Shown here: positions 1 through 6,166 of the stretch, in pieces
Numbering within the stretch: position 1 is the first letter of the stretch
How the letters are laid out: the number at the start of each line of letters is the position of its first letter
Origin: Candidatus Vampirococcus lugosii
GTDB taxonomy: Bacteria; Patescibacteriota; Gracilibacteria; Absconditabacterales; Absconditicoccaceae
Direction: 5' to 3'
NCBI RefSeq assembly: GCF_018420025.1
Contig: NZ_JAEDAM010000061.1
Span: 1-7,624, forward strand
DNA length: 7,624 nt
The notes under the pieces: model-generated
The model's input: only the letters and a program-made list of their open reading frames with translations
Database searches by the model: none
Told to the model about the DNA's origin: nothing
Program-made: the position numbers and the translations under genes

Positions 1-1452
1 ATTTGCAAATCTTTCTTCATCATTAAATATAGTATAAAAATTACTAGATCAATATGTACCAATTCAAGTAATATTTGATTCAAATTCACTACTAGCAGAT
101 ACTGTTTCAATTCAAGAATTAATTACATTAAATATTTCTCATTGAGAAGAAAAGCAATACATACCATCTTTCAAAAGATTTAAAGTACATCAATTTATAT
201 CTACAGGAATATCGTAATTAATACTTGTTCATCTTACATCATTATTAATTGCTTTTAATAAAGCTCATTTATTTCAAGATATATTTAATCAATTATTATA
301 TACAATACTATTTAATTCTCATAAAACTTCCAGTTCATCTTCAGTAAATGAATAAACATAATCAGATGAAACTCAAGAAATACTTACAATATTAAATCAT
401 TTTAAATATTCACTATTTAAAACAGTTTTTAATTGTTTTATATTTTGAGAAAATCTTCAGGTTTGTTCTAATAAATCTAATTTTTTTTCTATTTCTTTAT
501 ATTTTTCCATTTTTTGATCAGAATCTGCTGGAATTCTTCTAAACAGATCTATATCTTTCGTCAAATCTTCTACTGTAAAATCAATAACAACTTGTCATTC
601 AGGAGTATTAACTATATTTTCTTTATCTCATTCAATAAGTGTAGATAAAACAGCAAACAATAAATATATTACTAATACAATTCATAAAACTATAGATATA
701 GGGAATTTATTGTCTACGAAAAAATCTTTCATTTTATAAATTTTTTTGTAATCATATCAGAATTTATTTTCTGTACTATCATCTTTAATGATTGAATCAA
801 ATTCAAGTCTAAAAAAAGATATAAAACTAATATTATTATTAGATATTCTTGATCTAACAAGTTCATCAAATTCTTTAAAATTATTTTCTATACTATTTTC
901 TGTATCATTCAACAATTCTTGTAATTCAGATTTTTCAACTATATCAGAAACTTTACAAGCAACTGTCAATATTTTATCTCAATCTTCAAGTTCTCACTCT
1001 ATAAATTCTGAAAAAATATTTATTTTTTCATTTCATTCCAAATCATTATCAACCATATAATTAACTTTTCAATCTCTGAAAATTACAGTGCTAATATCTC
1101 ATATCATACTTGACATATAAGAATCTTGAAAAAATATTTGTAAATTTCATCTTATAGTAAAGAAATCAACATCATGTATTTTTTCTGAAAATGTTATTAA
1201 TTTATTGTTCATAGCTTGAAGTTTATCTTCAATTTTACTTTGAATTTGTTTAGTTGTATAATCTTGTGAATAAGATAAATTTTCTTCTATATCAGCAATA
1301 AATTCCGAAAAAAGATCTTTTTGATATTCCAAAAATTTATCTGTAAGAAAAACTATATCTACATTCAAAAAAATGCCATCTCCAAAATCCTTATAAACAT
1401 TAAGTTTATTTATATTTTCTCAAAAATATTTTTTATCTTTAAAAAGTTTCAT
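1..1452 (-). CDS. Hypothetical single-pass membrane protein with no recognised family. The 3' end runs off the left edge of the window. Read with table 25.
   Basis: The ATG at 1450-1452 is preceded by an in-frame TAA at 1474-1476. The same frame has no TAA or TAG down to position 1. It joins track ORFs 1147..1368 and 757..969, both of which end only at TGA. I count about 24 in-frame TGA codons by hand. One strongly hydrophobic segment, FPISIVYGIVLVIYLLFAVLSTLI, is encoded at 634-705. Upstream of it lies an acidic, helix-like N-terminal region of ~230 aa; downstream is a G/S/N-rich C-terminal region. Confidence 0.7.
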
Positions 1453-1500
1453 AATATCAAAAATTAATTTTAGTTATCTAAAAAAAGAATAATAAACTCA

Positions 1501-1528
1501 TATATAATTAATTTATTTATTTTTTCAA
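1501..1528 (-). promoter_or_regulatory. Candidate sigma70-like promoter for the 1..1452 gene (minus strand TTGAAA-16 nt-TATATA)
   Basis: On the minus strand, TTGAAA (plus 1523-1528) and TATATA (plus 1501-1506) are separated by 16 nt, about 50 nt upstream of ATG 1452. They lie in the only sizeable intergenic gap (1453-1557). Such hexamers arise easily by chance in DNA this AT-rich. Confidence 0.2.
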
Positions 1529-1557
1529 CTTAAAATATATTAAAAATATAAGTAAAT

Positions 1558-2775
1558 TTATTTTCAAGGATAAACATCTATTGTTCAAGTAAAAACTTTA
1601 ATTTCTCAATTTAAATTATAATCAATCAAAACTTCCATTCATTTTTTTGTTTCTTCCGAAAATCATTGATCAAACAAAAAATTTCATAAACTATAAATTA
1701 TTGGTTTATCTTGATACCGATCAATTCATTGTGCTACATGTGGATGATGACCTATTATAATATCTGCACCACAGTCAATTAATTTATGAGCAATATTTTC
1801 TTGCATTACATTATGTTTTGTTTGATATTCTAATCACCAATGAACACTTACAAAATTTTCATAATCTTCTTTGTATTCTTTCAAAATATCACAATAAGTA
1901 TTACTCAAATTAGGAGTAATAGTAAAATCATAACTATGCCAAGCATAATCAATTCATCTAATATTTCCTGTATAAATATAATTCTCTTCAAAATAAGATC
2001 AATGTCTTATATAACCAAAATAATCAAAATCTTCATTTTTAAGATTTTCAACTGTATTTAAATGAGCTGGGATTCATCTATCCATAGTATGATTATTTGC
2101 CAAACTCATAATATTAAATCATAAATTTCCAAGCCAAGTCAAAAAATCATTAGATGAACAAAAAGCAACTGTTTTACTTGTTTGTTGACAAATAGATTTA
2201 TCAGATACTACTGGAGTTTCCAAATTTAATCAAACAAAATCAAAACCAAAAAGTTTTCTATGATGAAAATAATTTAAATCTTTTTGTGTATTTCAAAGAC
2301 TAAAATGTCTTGAAAAAAAATTATAAAAACTTTCTTCATCATCTAAATAATAACTAACTCATCTATCATAAATTAAATCACCATAAAATGCTATTGTCAA
2401 ACCATTGTTAGATATTTTTTCATCTTGATAAAAAACAAATAATCTAGAAGTATTATCATATCATTTCTCTTTTGAATAAATTAAACTACTACTATCTCTA
2501 TAATAAAGTTTAGGATATTTTTCTTTTTCAAAAGCTAAACTATTCAATATATATAAACAATTTTGACAATCAACTTCAAGTTTTTTATAATCTTTAATAT
2601 TTAAAGAATTTTTGAGAGTATACAAACTAGTTTTATCATGAACATAAGCAAAATTTTCAGGAACATAATGAGAAAAATCAACCGATGCTATATACAAAGT
2701 ATTTTTATCACTAAATTTATTTTTTAAAATTTCTTTTAATTTATCTATTTTTACAAAATTATTTGGAGATATCAC
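1558..2775 (-). CDS. C-terminal half of a Memo-like domain fused to a CapA/PGA_cap-family metallophosphatase domain. The homologous reading frame actually extends up to 2829, directly after the in-frame TAA at 2830-2832. GTG 2773-2775 is the first canonical start if it is annotated as a separate ORF.
   Basis: The frame is continuous from 2829 to TAA 1558-1560 once TGA is read as sense. CapA-type motifs:
- GLTIAFYGDLIYDRG at ~2360-2403
- LNLETPV at ~2209-2229
- ANNHTMDR[TGA] at 2074-2100
- VHW[TGA]LEY at 1825-1845
- GADIIIGHHPHVAQ[TGA]I at 1723-1770
- YSL[TGA]NF at 1678-1695

Memo-type motifs upstream in the same frame:
- KIYPLVIS
- LYIASVDFSHY (His codon at 2668-2670)
- HDKTSL
- YRDSSS. Confidence 0.8.
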
Positions 2776-2829
2776 TAGAGGATAAATTTTTGCTTTTGGG
2801 AAAAAATTTTCTATATAAGGAAAATGTTC

Positions 2830-3363
2830 TTAAATTCAATGTTCTTTTGTAATATATTCTCAATTTTTGTAAGAGAAAAGATAATCACTTTTGAAAATTG
2901 ATTCTTTTCAATTTCAATCAAAAATCAATTTATTCTCTACCAATGAATATAAATTATTACAAAAATCACTATAACAAACTTTATTTTCTTTATCTTTTGA
3001 ATCAAATGAAAGAAAATTATTTTCTCAAACTCAAAAATGATTTGGAGATATTATAACAATATTTAAATCTTTTATTCATTCAAGTTTATATTCATTTTTT
3101 ATTTTAGAATAAAAATCGTATACAACATTAGATTCTATCATAAAATGTGGAATAATAGCAAATTCTTGTATAATTTCTTTTTGTTCAATATTTTCTTTTT
3201 TAATCTCTCAATTTGTATTTAAAATATATTTTTTATCAAAATCTAAATTATTATTAATATTTTCTGATTTAATATTAAAACTTTCAGAATAAAAAAAATA
3301 TACATTTACAAATCAAACAGAAATAATAAAAAGGAAAATAAATAAAAAATAATTTAATTTCAT
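2830..3363 (-). CDS. N-terminal signal-anchor plus the first half of a Memo-like (MEMO1/AmmeMemoRadiSam-B fold) domain. It terminates at TAA 2830-2832 in the middle of the conserved EHSIE-type motif, so it is probably the 5' part of one interrupted gene spanning 1558..3363.
   Basis: ATG 3361-3363 is preceded by an in-frame TAA at 3364-3366. The N-terminus, MKLNYFLFIFLFIISVGFVNVYFFY (3289-3363), is hydrophobic. Three segments align by eye to human MEMO1:
- FAIIPHF (His at 3145-3147) aligns to AIIAPHAGY.
- IVIISPNHF (His at 3037-3039) aligns to IFILGPSHH.
- KEH[TGA]I[TAA]EHFPY (2815-2847) aligns to DEHSIEMHLPY. Confidence 0.7.
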
Positions 3364-6137
3364 TTATTTATTTTTTCATATAAATCTTGAAAAGGTAATG
3401 ATCTTAATAAATTTTTATCTTCATCACTAAGTTGATCATAAGAATTTTGCCAATTTTCATCCGTTAATCTTCATGAATAATCTACATATTGTCAAATATG
3501 TTCTTCTCAATAAAATTCATAAGGAGTATATACCGGTCCTACAACTATTCTAGGTCAATTAATATCATTTATCATCAACAAAATTAATTGAGGTCTTCAT
3601 ATTGCATTGTATAAAGCTCAATATTCACCTGATGTAAAAATATCTGCTATTATAGATCATCTTTGTTCTTTTTGTAAAGGCAATCAAACATAAACATTTG
3701 GAATTAAAATTTCTTTAAGTTTAATATAATATAATCTTAATTTTTCAAAATCTTCATCTGATATTTTTTCATTTTTTGTTTGAGAAACTGCAATTCATCT
3801 TACAAATTCTAAATATTCAATAAAATAATCAAATTTATCATCTTGATCATAAAATTCTTTTGTATCTTTTGACAAACTAATTAATCTATCAATTAAATCT
3901 ATATTTGGTTCTATATATCATTTTGGAACTGGTAAACTTGGTGGTTGTATATCTAATTTACATCATCAAAGTCATCATCATCATAATTCAGCATAAACTT
4001 GTTTTACATAAAGCAAGGTTGCATGTTTAAGTTCCATATATGATCATAAATATGTAATAAGATTTTTTTGTTGATATAACTCATCTTTTACAAAATAAGG
4101 AGAATTTTCATCTTTTATAAACAAATAATTCAAAGTATCCAACCATTTATTATAAATATTATCTTTAAAACTATAATGTTTTACTTGTTCTTGTAAATCT
4201 TGTGCTAATTCAAAATAATTATCAACATAATTTTCATCAAGCATATTTTTCAAAAACTCTCAAGCAAAACTACCTGCTAGATCATTTTGTGCAAGAATAT
4301 GTGCAATAGCTGATGAACTAACAATTGGAGTTTTTATAATTGATTCTTTTTCTGCTGATCAAGCAGTCAATTGATCATGCAACCAAGCATCTATTGTAGC
4401 TTTTTCACCAAAAAAGACAAATCATACTGTATCTGAATGAGCTTGTTCTTCTGTTATTGCTCAGAATTTTTCTGTATTATAAGAAGTTGAAATAATACTT
4501 TGTTGTTTTAGATTTTTTAGTTCAGTATGAATATTTTCATCAAAATTATTTATAATATCCAAATCACTTTTAAAATTATTTTTTTCAATAAATCAAGCAA
4601 GATCATTTATATTTACATCATCATCTTCTCAAATTAATTTTCTAACAAATTCATTCATTTCCATAAATTTATTTTTTTCATCATCATCAATATTATTTGC
4701 TTGAATTAATGCAGTTTTAGATAAATCTTGGTCCAAAAAATACATTTTTTGTCTCATAAGAAATTTCATTCCCATAAAATAAGTTTTAAGCAAAGAATTA
4801 GTTGTATAATGACTTCTTGGTTGAAATTGTGTATAATCTTGGATGATTTCAATATTATGATCAGTAAATAAGCTTGGGTAATAATGTTTTAAAAATATAT
4901 CATTAGCCTTTTGTGTTTCAGATTTTATAATTTCTTTCATATGTAAATTTAACATATCTTGAACATCTTCAGGTAAAATAGAAATTTTCTCTTCAAAAGA
5001 ATTTAATATAATACTAGACATTTTATTATCATCTTTTAACTCTTTTGATTGTCATTCATGATCTCTAGGAAGCAATAATTCAGATTCATCTATTAATAAA
5101 GAAGATGCAATTGCCCAATATCATAACAAAAATTCATAATGTAATTTTAATTCTTCATTATCTTCATTTTGATATAAATTCAAAAATTTATCATAAAAAA
5201 CATTTGCAATTTCAGAGATATTTTTTCTCATAAAAGCTTGTTCATAATATTTTAAATTATCAGAAAATAAAGTATAATACATATGTAATAATAGATCAGA
5301 GGTTACAAAAAGTGTATTATAAGGATATCTTCTATATTCTTGTGTTTGTCATCAAATATAATTTAGATAAGCAACCCATTCTTCATTGAAATTGAATGAA
5401 TCTATCGGAGAATCTCAATCTCATTCATAATTAATATATTGCCATTGAGGATCTAATAATACCCATCATCTTTGTTTGAAAAATTCTAATAAATTTCAAG
5501 ATAAATTTAAAGAATTAGGTTGAGTTGAAAATCAATATTTATAAAAAAAATATCAATTTCATTCATAGTGATCAGAAAGTTCAATATCTTTTCAAGCTGA
5601 AAAATCTTCCCAAGAGACTGTTTTTATTAAATTATTATTATCAATATTAATAAAATCAACTCATTCCTTGCATTTTTCATTATTTGATAATCTATCTATA
5701 ACTTCTTCATTTGGATTATATTGCTTTGTCCATTTTTCATTAAATCATTTAGTAATAGATTGGAAATTATTCATTTCATCAATACTTGGTTTTTCCATTT
5801 GCCATGTATATGAATAATTTATTTCTTTATTTGGATCATATACTTTTTCATTTTCAAATCTAATTGCTCATTGATTTTCTTTTTCACCACTTTCTACTTC
5901 TTCTTTTTCTTCAATATTTTTTTCATCTTCCTCATTTTTATTAATTTCCTCCAAATTTTCATTTTTTTTCTCTTCCTCAAATTTTCATTCTTCCTTATTT
6001 TTTCCTTCTTTATCATTCAAAACTTCAAAATTTTCTTTTTCAATCTTTCAAATTTCTTCTTCTTGATTTTCTTGTATACATCAATTTAAGTTCAAACTTA
6101 TTAATCATAAGATTAGTAATATTATTATTTTTTTCAT
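3354..6137 (-). CDS. DUF3160-family lipoprotein (~927 aa) with an acidic low-complexity tether
   Basis: ATG 6135-6137 is preceded by an in-frame TAA at 6150-6152, and the stop is TAA 3354-3356. The frame joins track ORFs 4629..5021 and 4044..4253 plus many unlisted fragments. I count about 40 in-frame TGA by hand.

The N-terminus, MKKIIILLILGLISLNLN[TGA]C, is a lipoprotein signal peptide.

DUF3160-like motifs as I recall the family:
- DYTQFQPRSHYT
- L[TGA]SYMELKHATLLYVKQ
- PVPK[TGA]YIEP
- GPVYTPYEFY
- RLTDENW. Confidence 0.8.
5871..6077 (-). other. Glu/Lys/Asn-rich low-complexity linker immediately after the lipobox Cys of the DUF3160 protein
   Basis: It translates to IQENQEEEIGKIEKENFEVLNDKEGKNKEEGKFEEEKKNENLEEINKNEEDEKNIEEKEEVESGEKENQ. 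On the plus strand this appears as a T/C-rich tract, which produces the spurious poly-Phe ORF 5871..6089. Confidence 0.7.
6078..6137 (-). other. Lipoprotein (SPase II) signal peptide with lipobox L-N-G-C. The -1 Gly is encoded by TGA (6081-6083) and the Cys by 6078-6080.
   Basis: The segment has the expected parts: positively charged MKK, a hydrophobic core IIILLILGLISL, then LN-[TGA]-C. A small residue (G/A/S) is required at -1 of a lipobox, and Trp would not fit. Confidence 0.6.
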
Positions 6138-6166
6138 CGTTAATTTAATTTAGTTTATAAAATATT

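Noticed and set aside
788-1060. Plus-strand track ORF (90 aa)
   Set aside because: It is antisense to a long, well-supported minus-strand frame. The product is low-complexity (S/I/L/F-rich), as expected from the complement of a K/E/N/D-rich gene, and it has no recognisable motif.
757-1368. Treating track ORFs 757..969 and 1147..1368 as two separate small genes (likewise 4044..4253 and 4629..5021)
   Set aside because: Each pair shares a frame. Each ORF ends only at TGA and 'starts' at TTG or ATG codons internal to a continuous table-25 frame. They are fragments of the larger genes.
1453-1557. Rho-independent terminator downstream of the CapA-domain gene
   Set aside because: I could not find a G/C-containing stem-loop followed by a T-run on the minus strand. 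The gap is almost pure A/T, so any hairpin would be very weak.
1840-2061. Plus-strand track ORF (73 aa)
   Set aside because: It lies antisense to the CapA-domain region, which carries multiple conserved motifs on the minus strand. The I/F/N-rich product is a compositional artefact.
2830-2832. TAA also reassigned (for example to Glu), since it sits on a conserved Glu column
   Set aside because: This is a single occurrence. TAA is the terminator of all three gene ends visible in the window, and it bounds the 5' sides of the ORFs. A point mutation or sequencing error is far more parsimonious.
5871-6089. Plus-strand track ORF (72 aa, poly-Phe/Ile) and the T/C-rich tract, considered as a possible regulatory polypyrimidine element or microsatellite
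   Set aside because: It is the exact complement of the Glu/Lys-rich linker (GAA/AAA/GAG codons) that follows the lipobox of the DUF3160 gene. It is in frame with that gene and has no fixed repeat unit.
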